DNA of 42,950 nucleotides. Origin: a virus. Taxonomy: Duplodnaviria > Heunggongvirae > Uroviricota > Caudoviricetes. The DNA lies in IMG/VR virus record IMGVR_UViG_2870479586_000005, one strand, 5' to 3'. Position numbers and translations under genes: made by a program. This document shows positions 10,802 through 20,645 of this stretch, in pieces (the stretch's first letter is position 1; each line of letters opens with the position of its first letter). The notes under the pieces are model-generated. The model worked only from the letters and a program-made list of their open reading frames with translations, was not told the origin of the DNA and did not search any database.

Positions 10802-11100
10802 AATCGTTTACCTGTTTTTGGGTCTACGTGGACATTACCTTTCACGCGACCGCGCAAATCTTTCTCAAAAAAGCCCATAAAAACAGGGCCAATGTTTTCA
10901 AAAATATAATCATCGATAGCATCCTCCAGCGCGTCGTGCACAGGTACGCGAGCCTCTTCGATTCCTCCGCGATCCAGTCGAATCCAGACACTTTTCGCAC
11001 CGTAGCGTTTCGCTACGAATGAATCGGGCCAACTCATCATCGCCAGCCCTGCACTTTTGGGTGTAAAAGTTGCCCCTCTAGCGCCTTTTTTGGTTTTCAA
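10798..11100 (-). CDS. hypothetical virion protein (TTG start; may be 3' part of a frameshifted gene with 11214-11477)
   Basis: 100-aa ORF; its reading frame stays open upstream to about 11245 and can be joined to the 87-aa ORF by a 1-nt change near 11230-11240. Confidence 0.3.
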   Translation of the reverse strand: MKTKKGARGATFTPKSAGLAMMSWPDSFVAKRYGAKSVWIRLDRGGIEEARVPVHDALEDAIDDYIFENIGPVFMGFFEKDLRGRVKGNVHVDPKTGKRL

Positions 11101-11213
11101 AAACAGGCCGGTCTCAGGATCGCGAGGCTGTTTTTGCCTCCGTGGATTTTGTAATCGCCCCTTTAGCTCAGATACCCGGAAATCATTCAGACCGTACCAG
11201 AGCTTGGCGCTGC

Positions 11214-11477
11214 TCAGGTCTCCTGCCCTTCTTTTGTAAAATTACGGCGCTTAATGAACGGCTTGATTCGTTTATCTACGGCCTTATGATTTTTAGCTGC
11301 CAGTGCAGTCAAAATCATTCCTGCTGAAATTCGGTGCATATGTTTTGCAGTTCGGTTCAGCGCCCTGTTGTATACCATTAACATTTGATGTTGCGTCGCG
11401 CTGATTTCGACTCTGAGCTGCTCCAGCGCCGAAACATCGATATCGAACATCTGCGCGTTACTACGTAAATCGGCCAC
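11214..11477 (-). CDS. hypothetical virion protein
   Basis: 87-aa ORF downstream of the FII-like gene. Confidence 0.3.
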   Translation of the reverse strand: MADLRSNAQMFDIDVSALEQLRVEISATQHQMLMVYNRALNRTAKHMHRISAGMILTALAAKNHKAVDKRIKPFIKRRNFTKEGQET

Positions 11478-11508
11478 GGTTCCCCCTTAAGTGGGACCGA
11501 GGTCCCAC

Positions 11509-11889
11509 TTAGTATTTTGAATACTCGCTGTTTTCGCTGGACGTGTGAGGCTCTAAAAAAATATTCGTGAGCCCTGTGCCATCAGGTTGAGGCTCTTTAA
11601 CCACGTAATCGGTCCAGCCAGACCAGGTAACAGAGCCGTCAGGTTCGATGCTGCGCTGCTTTGGAACCTGGACGACGTCACGCGCAACAACGCCAGCGAC
11701 GTCGTCCGAGAGCGCCGTCAGGCTCGTTACTGTACCGGTAATAAAACCAGCGTGAGGAACGTCAACGCGCGCGTAAGGCTCGTTGAAAATAGCGATAATG
11801 GGGTCGGTTTTACCGCGTAATTTAACGGGCCGTCCCCACTCACGGATCATCTCCTCGTCGCCGGCCCGGAGGTCATCGTAGTAGCTCAT
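11509..11889 (-). CDS. head-tail connector / head completion protein (lambda FII-like)
   Basis: 126-aa ORF directly after the FI-like gene, in lambda head-gene order. Confidence 0.45.
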   Translation of the reverse strand: MSYYDDLRAGDEEMIREWGRPVKLRGKTDPIIAIFNEPYARVDVPHAGFITGTVTSLTALSDDVAGVVARDVVQVPKQRSIEPDGSVTWSGWTDYVVKEPQPDGTGLTNIFLEPHTSSENSEYSKY

Positions 11890-12305
11890 AGAGCGTAAAC
11901 GTGATCAGCTGCGATAAGGTCTGCGACCTCCGGTGAATCAACAACAATTTCACGGCCTGCGGCAACAATCTCGCGAACGCGACGCCCGTTCACGTAGTGA
12001 TAAACGTCCAGCGTGTTACGCAACTTGACGCGGCGCGTAGCCGGTGCGAGCTCCTGCTCTTGTGACTGTGAAACGATAGCGCTCGCGATTGATTGAGCGA
12101 GTTCATTATCGGTCCCGGACGCAGTATTCACTGTAATCTCGATGCCTCCCGCGTCACCGGATTGCTCGTTCAGAATATCGAGCTCTGACTCAGCGCCGGC
12201 AACGATTGATTCCAGTTCCGCAATAGTCCCGCTGCGCGGTAATTCGCGACCGAGCTGAGCGCTCAGATCGTCAATACGCGCCAGCAATTCTGTTTTTGTG
12301 CTCAT
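11886..12305 (-). CDS. DNA packaging protein (lambda FI-like)
   Basis: 139-aa ORF; N-terminus MSTKTELLARIDDLSAQLGRELPRSGT recalls lambda FI; follows the major capsid gene. Confidence 0.6.
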   Translation of the reverse strand: MSTKTELLARIDDLSAQLGRELPRSGTIAELESIVAGAESELDILNEQSGDAGGIEITVNTASGTDNELAQSIASAIVSQSQEQELAPATRRVKLRNTLDVYHYVNGRRVREIVAAGREIVVDSPEVADLIAADHVYAL

Positions 12306-12339
12306 GTTGATTCCTTAACAAAAAAGAGCCTTTCGACTC

Positions 12340-13374
12340 TTACGCGATTTTTACGACAACGAACGCGTCGGCGTCCGTGAGGACCATTGCTGGCGCGGAT
12401 TGCGTCATTGTTTGCGTCACTGCCGGATCACCGGTAGTGGTCCAGACTTTTGGATAGCGCGTCGCTTCGGAAATACCCTCTTTCAGCGCGTCTTCGTCCT
12501 GAATTGCGCCATAAGTGCGGAGCCCGCGGTTTTTTGTGTTGCCAAGGATCATCGTGTTATCCGGCATATAACGCGTTTCAGTGTCTGTTACCGGGTCGAG
12601 GTATTGCCCTTTGTAGACAAACAGCGCAGTGTCGCCGTAGTAGCCTTTAAAGCTGACAACGTCGCCCAGGTTTTTCAGCGCGACCTCGAGCTGGCTGTTT
12701 GAGCCACGGCGCGTATCCAGTGCCGTCCAGAATTTTTTAAAACGCTTCAACTGCTTCCAGGCTTTACCATCCATGATGATCACGTTAACAGCACCGGAGG
12801 CGAGGTCTGCATAGGATTCGATATCGTCGCTCGGGTCATACGTTTCCGCGTCCTGCGTAGACCAGGCTGTCGAACCAGACTGAGTGACGTTATTCGTCGC
12901 GCTGCGGCTCATGTCGATCTCATAGGTCTCGATATTGCTGCCGGAAACTGTGTATTTACCGTACAGAACCGCCTGCACAGCCTGAAATTCTTCGAGCTGG
13001 CTGATGCTCAGTTCCTCATCGAGCAAGTTCTGCATGATGATTTTTGCACGACGTTCGACCGGTGTTTCCGGCTGGCCAATCTGCTCTCCGGCGGCGCGCT
13101 TGATGCTCATATTCGGATTGATCGTGTGTTTGGGTTTCGTGTAACCCGGCTTAAAATGGTTAGTTGAATAGCCGCGGGTGCGATCTACTTTGCCGGTGAT
13201 CATCGGCGCGCAATACACCGCCATATTGACCTTACCCGGGATTTTATCCAGAAAAACCTCTTCGCTCGTAAACGTGTAGGTCTCACGGAAAAACAGTCTT
13301 AAAAACAACGAATTGAACTTAAATACCTGCTGTGTCGCGGTAATCAATTCTGACGTAGTAAACGAATCGCTCAT
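12340..13374 (-). CDS. major capsid protein (lambda gpE-like)
   Basis: 344-aa ORF; long colinear resemblance to lambda E (FKFNSLFLRLFFRETYTFT..., RGLRTYGAIQD..., YPKVWTTTGDPA...). Confidence 0.9.
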   Translation of the reverse strand: MSDSFTTSELITATQQVFKFNSLFLRLFFRETYTFTSEEVFLDKIPGKVNMAVYCAPMITGKVDRTRGYSTNHFKPGYTKPKHTINPNMSIKRAAGEQIGQPETPVERRAKIIMQNLLDEELSISQLEEFQAVQAVLYGKYTVSGSNIETYEIDMSRSATNNVTQSGSTAWSTQDAETYDPSDDIESYADLASGAVNVIIMDGKAWKQLKRFKKFWTALDTRRGSNSQLEVALKNLGDVVSFKGYYGDTALFVYKGQYLDPVTDTETRYMPDNTMILGNTKNRGLRTYGAIQDEDALKEGISEATRYPKVWTTTGDPAVTQTMTQSAPAMVLTDADAFVVVKIA

Positions 13375-13432
13375 TTATATATCCTGTTATAAAAAAACCG
13401 CCCGGAGGCGGCTTGTTTTGAGTTTTTTGCTA

Positions 13433-13762
13433 TCAGCCGACGCTGATCGGCGTACCCGCAAATGCTGATTTGCGTTTAGCTACGTCGGTAACCGTACCCC
13501 AGTTAATCGCCGTGTAACGGAACGAGCCTGATTTATAGTACGAGCAGTCTGCAGAACTGGAGCCAGTATTAACTGCGGTGGCAGTGAGGCCAATAGCTTT
13601 ACCGACTGAGCCGTCCCAAACCTTAAACGTCCCGACAGTAGCGTCGAGCATAATCGGTGTCAGCCGGGGTACGTTGATCCCGCCCTGAAAATGACCGACG
13701 GTCGTGACAACAAGGTCAGGCCCAAGAATAAAATCGTCCGGGCTATACGTTTCTGTAGTCAT
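13433..13762 (-). CDS. head decoration protein (lambda gpD-like)
   Basis: 109-aa ORF; YYKSGSFRY...KRKSAFAGTPISV recalls lambda D. Confidence 0.8.
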   Translation of the reverse strand: MTTETYSPDDFILGPDLVVTTVGHFQGGINVPRLTPIMLDATVGTFKVWDGSVGKAIGLTATAVNTGSSSADCSYYKSGSFRYTAINWGTVTDVAKRKSAFAGTPISVG

Positions 13763-15069
13763 TATTCATCCCCTAAAATTGAACGCCCTGCAGCAACCAG
13801 CATCGAGACGTTTGCGGTTGTTCCTGTTGCCGTAGTACTGCCAGCATCCTGAATAGTCGCTGGTGATTCAGTGCTCATTAGTGTATCGAGCGCCGTTTCT
13901 GTCCGCGCCTGCGCCGTTTTAGGTGCTGCAGCGAGGACTACCTGCGCCTGCCCGACCGTCATCCCGGGGACGCCAGCGAGCGCTTTTGCCTGCGCCTCGC
14001 GCCCAACAGCTTCGGGACAATTGATGATGGCCATCACACGCGCCAGTTCGCTTGATGCGGCGTCCGCGCGAATCTGCTCCGTGTTAAACTCAACCTGCGC
14101 GACAGTAGTCGTGGTCGCGGTTTGTTCTGTGGTCGTGGTCTCCGCCGTGGTTTCTGTACCAGACATAAAGCGCTCCATTTTTGGTTTCAGTGCGTCGGCC
14201 ATCACTGCGATAGCGTCCGCGTAATTAACGAGTTGATCAGCGAGACCAGATTTAATCGCGTCCGCGCCGATAAATACTGCAGCTTCCGTGGCCAGCACCC
14301 TGGATTTTTTCAGCCCGGTATAATCCGAGACTTTTTGCGCGAACTGCTCGCGCGTGCTGTTAATACTCAGCTGGAATTCGTCGCGAACGTCGCCTGGCAG
14401 CTGGGAATACGGGTTCCCGTCAACTTTGTGCGCGCCGGCGTAAATCAGCGTCACGTCGACGCCAGCAATCTCCAGCGCTTTTTCGACGCAGCGGTGAGCC
14501 ATCAGGACACCGATTGAACCAACTGTGCCTGTCTGCGTTATCAGCCGGCGCGAACACGCTGACGCCAGCAAATAGGCAGCGCTGCAGGCCGTATCGCTGG
14601 CCAGCGCCCACACAGGTTTTTGCTCTCGCGCCCGGGCGATTAAATCAGCAGTATCAAACGCGCCGGCGACTTCACCGCCAGGGGAGTCAATATCAAGCAG
14701 GACCCCTCTTACATCGGGATCAGAAATCGCCTGCTGCAGGCGTTTTGCGATTCCGTCGTAACCGCTCATCCCGCTAACTGGGTTGATATAACCCAATTTA
14801 TGAACCAGCGTCCCGGTAACCGGCAGAACGGCTATACCACGCTCCACGCGATACGATTTCTGGCGTGTTCGCTCGCTGCTGTCCCACCCCATCGCGAGCG
14901 CGTTCATTTCGTCGCTGTTCATTACCTCTCCAGACGCTGTATCAATCAGTCGCCCGGTACCGAACCGGTCGCTCAGCGCCGAAAAAAATACCCGCGCGTA
15001 GGTGGGCTCCAGCAAAAGCGGTTGATTGAACGCCCTGGCGGCGAGGTGCGGAAAATTGTTCCACGGCAT
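13762..15069 (-). CDS. head maturation protease / scaffold (lambda gpC-like, S49 peptidase family)
   Basis: 435-aa ORF between portal and decoration genes; ClpP/S49-like core with Ala/Thr-rich C-terminal scaffold-like region. Confidence 0.8.
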   Translation of the reverse strand: MPWNNFPHLAARAFNQPLLLEPTYARVFFSALSDRFGTGRLIDTASGEVMNSDEMNALAMGWDSSERTRQKSYRVERGIAVLPVTGTLVHKLGYINPVSGMSGYDGIAKRLQQAISDPDVRGVLLDIDSPGGEVAGAFDTADLIARAREQKPVWALASDTACSAAYLLASACSRRLITQTGTVGSIGVLMAHRCVEKALEIAGVDVTLIYAGAHKVDGNPYSQLPGDVRDEFQLSINSTREQFAQKVSDYTGLKKSRVLATEAAVFIGADAIKSGLADQLVNYADAIAVMADALKPKMERFMSGTETTAETTTTEQTATTTTVAQVEFNTEQIRADAASSELARVMAIINCPEAVGREAQAKALAGVPGMTVGQAQVVLAAAPKTAQARTETALDTLMSTESPATIQDAGSTTATGTTANVSMLVAAGRSILGDE

Positions 15070-16643
15070 CAGTTACCTCCCCAGCCGTTATCGTTGGTAT
15101 TTGAGGGGTGAGATACAGACCATGACGGTTCGCTCAGCCCCATTTCACGCCGGCGCTGAATTTCGTATTCCTGCTGCTCCATAACCTCCTCGTAATCCTG
15201 TCCCTGCAGCGCCAGTTCGTTCTGATACGTGCTGAGGCCAGTTGTGATGCGCATGGCGCTCTCCTGAACCTCTTTCAGCCCATCAATCGCCATGCGACCA
15301 GCGCCGATCCAGAGCGCGTTCGTCCAGGAGTTCCGCGCCTCATAAAACGACCGGACAGCTGAGCGTGGCAGGGTGATAATTCCGCGTGCCAGCGCCTCTT
15401 CAAACCAGCAGCAGAACATCAGCGACGCCTGTCGCGCGGCGATAAAACGTCGACGCCCCATGAAAAATCGCCAGCTGACGTTAGCACTGGCCCGGGCGCT
15501 GGAGTAACTGACCTGGCTGTAGTCCCGGCTAAGTTCTTCGTATGACGCGCCAACGCCAGCTGCAACGTAACGCAGGAGTGATTTTTCCAGTGAACTAAAA
15601 CCAGCATCAGCATTCTGAGCGGTCTGTAAACTGAGTTTGTCGCCGGGATGCAGGTGGGGAACTTTCACACCACCGAGCTTGATATTTGCGCCGTTGTAGT
15701 ACGTCACGTAACTCTGAATAAACGAATTCAGCGGGTTCGAGTCGATATCAGTACCCGCGCCGGCGATATATTCAAACGCCTGCTGGCTGTCGAGCTCTGA
15801 TTCGATTGTCGCGGCATACATCGCCTTCACAATGGCGCTCTGCAGTTGTGTTTGCTGCAGTGTGTCGAGCATTTTCAGGCGCTCCATGACGCTGTAAAAA
15901 ATATTGTCCCCGCGGGTCTGTCCGTCCTCGAGCGGCTCGAATATGTGGATGAATGCGTGTCTGCCGCTGCTGAGCTGTGCTGGGATACGCCGGCATTTAC
16001 CGACTCCGCCGAGAGGGTAAGTATCCTCGGCTATCCAGTACCCGACCGCGGCCCCGTTTTTATCGATATCAACACCGGCGCGGCGAAATTGAGTGTCAGC
16101 TGCGTAACCCGGATTTCGAATCCGTTTCGGTGAGACCATTTTGAATCGCGTCCGAAAAACGCTGCCGGCACTACTCTCCCATACTGGTTGTACGCAGGTT
16201 TCACCGTTGAAAGCGTGAGTAGCCACGCCCTCGCGGATCATCATTGTGAACGTCCGTTTCCGCTCGATATCAATCGTGCAGTGAGGGTCCTCGGCGTATT
16301 CAGTCCACGCTACCTCGACGTCACGCGCCAGCGCCCTGGCGTCCTCGCGAGATATGCCGAGGTAACGCCAGTTAGGGCGATAACTCAACTTAAACAGATT
16401 GCCGACGATATGATCCTGGTGCAGCTGCACGGCGTTCGACGCGACGCCGTTATTGCGAACGAGATCGTCTGCTCGCGCGTTACCGCGATAAAAATTCGGC
16501 AACAGTGCTGCGTCGGCGCTCTGCTGTGGTGCGTTCCAGTCAATCAGCTGGCCACCGAAACCGGGACCGCCGCCGTTATACCCCGCGTAACGGCGTAGTG
16601 GCGTTTTACCGTCAGGCCCGAGCAGCTGCTGCGGAGCAGTCAT
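15069..16643 (-). CDS. portal protein (lambda gpB-like)
   Basis: 524-aa ORF; extensive resemblance to lambda B (LLGPDG...YAGY.GGG.GFGGQL..., FTMMIREGVA.HAFNGE, QSAIVKAMYAATIESELD, WIGAGRMAIDGLKEVQE). Confidence 0.9.
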   Translation of the reverse strand: MTAPQQLLGPDGKTPLRRYAGYNGGGPGFGGQLIDWNAPQQSADAALLPNFYRGNARADDLVRNNGVASNAVQLHQDHIVGNLFKLSYRPNWRYLGISREDARALARDVEVAWTEYAEDPHCTIDIERKRTFTMMIREGVATHAFNGETCVQPVWESSAGSVFRTRFKMVSPKRIRNPGYAADTQFRRAGVDIDKNGAAVGYWIAEDTYPLGGVGKCRRIPAQLSSGRHAFIHIFEPLEDGQTRGDNIFYSVMERLKMLDTLQQTQLQSAIVKAMYAATIESELDSQQAFEYIAGAGTDIDSNPLNSFIQSYVTYYNGANIKLGGVKVPHLHPGDKLSLQTAQNADAGFSSLEKSLLRYVAAGVGASYEELSRDYSQVSYSSARASANVSWRFFMGRRRFIAARQASLMFCCWFEEALARGIITLPRSAVRSFYEARNSWTNALWIGAGRMAIDGLKEVQESAMRITTGLSTYQNELALQGQDYEEVMEQQEYEIQRRREMGLSEPSWSVSHPSNTNDNGWGGN

Positions 16644-16873
16644 AATCGAACTCCCACGGGCCGACGGCGTCCCGTACTCAGACCGAGCTGTGATTTCAGC
16701 TCGATAATGTACGTTCGGAGCTGCTCAATACTCGCCTGCGAGTATTGATAGCTCCGGTTATTTCCTGCTGAATCGCCGTGAGACAGCGACACGGTCGATT
16801 TACCCGTTAATAATTTGTGCAGAGCGATTTCCGCTTCCAGCAGTCGTTCTGTTAAAACCTCGCGCGACGTCAT
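16640..16873 (-). CDS. head-tail joining protein (lambda gpW-like)
   Basis: 77-aa ORF between terminase and portal genes; coupled overlaps with both. Confidence 0.75.
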   Translation of the reverse strand: MTSREVLTERLLEAEIALHKLLTGKSTVSLSHGDSAGNNRSYQYSQASIEQLRTYIIELKSQLGLSTGRRRPVGVRL

Positions 16874-18834
16874 TAGCTCCCTCCGAGCATTCTGGCCATC
16901 TCCTCGAGAGACAGTTTGTTTTGTGATTTTTTCCGTTGCTCAGCGAGCGTCTCGAGATTGAGCTGGAAACGAATTTTACTGATACGCAGCGCTGCCAGTC
17001 CGTACACCCAGCAGTCGAGCGCCTCATTTCGCCGGCCCTGGTTGTCCCAACGATAAACGACGCGACCGTTAATGAGTTTCGGGATCAGAACCTCGGAGAC
17101 GAGCTGTTTTGCCTCTGTCGTGCTGAATATTTCGTCGTCGTTGGGAAAATGAATCGCACCTGGTGTCGCCGATTTGGAGTCGGGTTCCAGCTGCAGGCGC
17201 ATTGCGAGCAGGTCTTTCGCTGTATCTGTCCCAATCAACGACAAATACACTTTATTCGCGTTACGGGTACGAGGCATATTTACGACCGGCTGGCCGTATG
17301 AGCTCGCACCCTTGATTGGAATGACCCACAGCGGACCGAGTTTCAGCGAGCGGTTATAAACGACCTGCGCATCTATGCCGCCGGTATCCCACGCCCAGCG
17401 ACTGACGCCGATTGTGGTCCCGTCGCTGCGCCGGTATTGTTTGCGAATCACGCCGTCGACGCGCTGCAGCGTATCCTCCTCGTCGTAGCGACCGAGGACG
17501 ATTGTTTTATCAATCAGCCAGCACTCCTCCTCGGCTCCCCAGCCCCACACGTAACACTCGTAGCGCCCGGACGTCTGAGAGTCGATGCCGCCGGTTATAT
17601 AAACAACACCGTCAGGAACCTGGCTGGCGTATCTTTCCCGGCGATTAACGAGAATATCGTGTTCCAGCTGCTCGCTGGCCACTTCGCTCCAGAGTTCGCC
17701 GAGCGTAGTGTTATGAAACGTTTTTTCTTTGAGTGGTTCGCCCTTCGCTTTCAGCCACTCGCTGACAATCTCGCCCCAGCCGTCGAGATTCAGTGAATAC
17801 AGGGCGTTTATCACGATCGCCGCGTGTTTCGGCGCGCGAACGACGCCACCGTCATGATCAAAAAAATGGATTCCGTCTCGGGTCCAGGTGCAGTCCTCGG
17901 CTATCCAGCGCCCCCCGAGCTCCATTTTTTCGAGATCGCGATAGTAAAAATGCTCCGGGCAGTGGCAGCACTGGTAATACGCGGACGACGATTTCGACTC
18001 GTTGGTCTGCAGGCTGTCATCCCACTTGAGACCGTATTCGATACCGTCGAAACCAAATACCAGGGTCTGCTCCTCGCTACAATGCGGACACTTCAGGTAA
18101 AAACGAAATGTCAGATCAGCAGCGTCTTCCAACATTTCGATATGACTTTTACCGGTGACTGTCGGTGTCGAACCGAAAATCGCCTTCGGGTACGCTGCCC
18201 CTTTAATTCGAACGAGCGCCAGTTCGATGGGCGAGCCCTCGCCTTTGCCTTTTTTGGCAACTTCCAGCGGCCAGCCGTCAACTTCGTCACCCTCGACAAC
18301 CTGTTTCGTTAGTCGCCGGAAATTTCCTGGCGTACTCGCGCCGCGAAAATCAATAATCGCGCCGTTCATTTCTTTACGCTGGAGATTGTTACGCTCGTTG
18401 CTTTTATCCCAGTCGGGGAAAATTTTCTGAATCACCGGCATTTCGGCGATAGCGGGGTCAACCTCATCGGCGACAAATCCATCCGATTCGTCATCGATAG
18501 GCTGATAGACCACGGCACTACGTTTTTTGTGCTCAGCGAAATAGAGCAGCGCCGCGACGAGTATTTTTGTATAACCGAGACGAGCTGATTTGCGAACAGA
18601 CACGATTTTTATCGCGTCGTTAGTCATCATATTGAGCATCACTACCTGGACCGGCTGAGTCGTCCAGTGGCCAGCGATGTGGCTGGAGCCCTCAGGGAGA
18701 TAAAAATATTTATCAGCCCACTTAACCCCCGTCATCGGTATCGTCACGCGCAAGGGATTCAACCCTGTCGAGATCGCGTTCGATATCGCTGACATCGTAA
18801 TCGCTGAAATCGACTCGTATGTCTGCCAGTTCAT
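16873..18834 (-). CDS. terminase large subunit (lambda gpA-like)
   Basis: 653-aa ORF; resemblance to lambda A including CPHC...C motif, GIDSQ and ALDC motifs; true start probably downstream of 18834 since the ORF overlaps the small-subunit gene by about 110 bp. Confidence 0.9.
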   Translation of the reverse strand: MNWQTYESISAITMSAISNAISTGLNPLRVTIPMTGVKWADKYFYLPEGSSHIAGHWTTQPVQVVMLNMMTNDAIKIVSVRKSARLGYTKILVAALLYFAEHKKRSAVVYQPIDDESDGFVADEVDPAIAEMPVIQKIFPDWDKSNERNNLQRKEMNGAIIDFRGASTPGNFRRLTKQVVEGDEVDGWPLEVAKKGKGEGSPIELALVRIKGAAYPKAIFGSTPTVTGKSHIEMLEDAADLTFRFYLKCPHCSEEQTLVFGFDGIEYGLKWDDSLQTNESKSSSAYYQCCHCPEHFYYRDLEKMELGGRWIAEDCTWTRDGIHFFDHDGGVVRAPKHAAIVINALYSLNLDGWGEIVSEWLKAKGEPLKEKTFHNTTLGELWSEVASEQLEHDILVNRRERYASQVPDGVVYITGGIDSQTSGRYECYVWGWGAEEECWLIDKTIVLGRYDEEDTLQRVDGVIRKQYRRSDGTTIGVSRWAWDTGGIDAQVVYNRSLKLGPLWVIPIKGASSYGQPVVNMPRTRNANKVYLSLIGTDTAKDLLAMRLQLEPDSKSATPGAIHFPNDDEIFSTTEAKQLVSEVLIPKLINGRVVYRWDNQGRRNEALDCWVYGLAALRISKIRFQLNLETLAEQRKKSQNKLSLEEMARMLGGS

Positions 18835-19288
18835 TCAGGGCTATCGCCAGCTCCTCTCGTAATACACTGCTCGCCTCCTGCGGCATTTCAGGCCACACCT
18901 TTTTCAATCGTGGTGGCCACGACTCGACGCGGGTACGTAATTCAACGGCGACGCGAGATACAGCAACGCTAATTAATTCAATTGGCGCGTAGCGTTTAGC
19001 GAGAATGCGGCGTTTTACTCGTGCCATCAGGATTCGCTCCTGTCGTTCCTCATTTTTCAGCCACTGCTCGCGATTTTTTTCGGGAGAATTGTCCCCCACT
19101 TCCGGTTCGTCAGTACCAATTGTGTCGCGTCTATTACTCCGGAGATAATGAATATAAAAATGGCGCCAGGCATCAAGGTCCCAATCGCCACGTCCCTGTG
19201 GGACTGGAGCTCCCGGAAGTTTTGCGAGATCGCGCAGACGACGATCAGATAGCAGTAAATGTGCTGCGACCTCAGCCTGACTTGCCAT
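18722..19288 (-). CDS. terminase small subunit (lambda Nu1-like)
   Basis: 188-aa ORF immediately upstream of the large subunit; N-terminal HTH-like segment. Confidence 0.65.
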   Translation of the reverse strand: MASQAEVAAHLLLSDRRLRDLAKLPGAPVPQGRGDWDLDAWRHFYIHYLRSNRRDTIGTDEPEVGDNSPEKNREQWLKNEERQERILMARVKRRILAKRYAPIELISVAVSRVAVELRTRVESWPPRLKKVWPEMPQEASSVLREELAIALNELADIRVDFSDYDVSDIERDLDRVESLARDDTDDGG

Positions 19289-19643
19289 TAAAAATCCTCA
19301 CCGGAACCGGAAATACCCAAAATGAAAAAATACTAAAAATGAGTGAGTTTTTGCGCGTCTACCGACCCTCGGTGTTTTGGATTTCGGAAAGGACCCGCGA
19401 CCAGGGTGGGCTATCTCCCTTTCAGGACAGGAATCGGGGGCTCGCATCAGGTTCATCAAACTCGACTGTAGCCTCGCGGCGTACTTGTTTGCATACATCA
19501 GCTTTGTGTATCTGATTATCAGCGTAAGCTTTCACTTTGGCAGCGAGCCATCCTTTTGCGCTGTATCGATAGACTACCGAACAAGTTTTCGATATATGTA
19601 TATATCTTGAACTTATTGATATCCTTACAGAAAAACAACAACC

Positions 19644-19904
19644 ATGAGAACGCAAAAAATGAACAGAGAAAAAATTGAAGCCTTAATGAGCGTAATATTA
19701 AAAGAAGCTGACCCAAAAAAGTTTCCTGAGACGTTATCAGAGGACGCCATCGTATCTTTTTATCGTGCGAACTCCTCTTATCTAAATTGTTCAACTTTAA
19801 GAGAATGGCTAAGCGGCGAAGCAGAGCCTTCAGATGAGATACTTCAGAAGATTATGGTTCAGAACAACTGGCGCGCAACAAAATGGTCAAATCAGTTACC
19901 TTAA
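19644..19904 (+). CDS. hypothetical protein (possible moron, opposite strand to the late operon)
   Basis: 86-aa ORF in an AT-rich segment between the lysis cassette and the packaging genes; no strong RBS. Confidence 0.3.
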   Translation: MRTQKMNREKIEALMSVILKEADPKKFPETLSEDAIVSFYRANSSYLNCSTLREWLSGEAEPSDEILQKIMVQNNWRATKWSNQLP

Positions 19905-19963
19905 TCTGTTGAATGTGTGCCGCCTTAAAACAAAAAGGCGGCCTCTCGTTAAAGTAAATTACC

Positions 19964-20158
19964 CTATTTTCCACCAAGGCATGAAGCCTCTGCCCCGGTT
20001 GAATCAATACAACCACCGTTCGCAGTAGTAATCTTCGTACCCGGCGCGATCATCACGTGTTTAATACTGCTGCCGTCAGCGCGAGTCGCTTCGGTGTATG
20101 TCGAATGTGTGCAGCCTGCCATCGTGAAGAACGCGACAGCTAAGAGAAGTTTTTTCAC
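19964..20158 (-). CDS. small lipoprotein at the end of the lysis cassette (possible o-spanin-like or lysis accessory protein)
   Basis: 64-aa ORF with signal peptide and lipobox (LLAVAFFTMAGC); directly downstream of the endolysin gene. Confidence 0.55.
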   Translation of the reverse strand: MKKLLLAVAFFTMAGCTHSTYTEATRADGSSIKHVMIAPGTKITTANGGCIDSTGAEASCLGGK

Positions 20159-20165
20159 GTTTTAC

Positions 20166-20645
20166 CTACGCTTCTGAGATAGATTTCTCAGCATTCACCA
20201 ATGGAAGTGATTGTGGAACATCCGTTTGACCTGCTGGCCAGCGGTAGCCTGTTACGCGGGAACGAGGAAAAGCTTTGATATTCACTGCGTCTGCCTGGTT
20301 GCCACCCAAAATCATTAAATCCCCGGCGGCATTTTTCCCGACAACAAAGCCAACGTGACCACCGCCAGACCGAGACAGAATAGCAATGCATCCATAGGCG
20401 GGTTCCTTCAGTTCATTACCCCAATCGAGATAAGAATTCGCAGACTCAAAACGCGTTGAGCGAATACCCGCACGTTCCAGCATTGCCCCGGTGAAAGCAG
20501 CGCACCACGGTGTTTCGTCATCCTTAATGCCGCCGCGTTTGATATCTTTCCAGTACTGCACAATTTCCGCAGCATGTTGCTTCCCTTTCATTTCCCGAAT
20601 GCCGAGGTTTTTTCGAGCCTCAATTAGCCATTTAGGATCGGTCAT
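20166..20645 (-). CDS. putative endolysin (Cys peptidase-like, TIGR02594-type)
   Basis: 159-aa ORF after two membrane-protein genes; candidate catalytic Cys in WCAAF and His in GGGHVGFV. Confidence 0.55.
   Translation of the reverse strand: MTDPKWLIEARKNLGIREMKGKQHAAEIVQYWKDIKRGGIKDDETPWCAAFTGAMLERAGIRSTRFESANSYLDWGNELKEPAYGCIAILSRSGGGHVGFVVGKNAAGDLMILGGNQADAVNIKAFPRSRVTGYRWPAGQTDVPQSLPLVNAEKSISEA

Noticed and set aside
13871-18312. Many plus-strand ORFs of 60-160 aa inside the head and terminase region (for example 13871-14224, 14122-14517, 15846-16133, 16188-16598, 17824-18312)
   Set aside because: They lie antisense within long minus-strand genes that have strong resemblance to lambda head and terminase proteins, and have Arg/Ser/Pro-rich low-complexity composition typical of shadow frames
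19298-19794. Minus- and plus-strand ORFs 19298-19498, 19377-19610, 19422-19655 and 19519-19794
   Set aside because: Mutually overlapping in all frames within a non-coding, AT-rich cos-proximal stretch; low-complexity translations without start context
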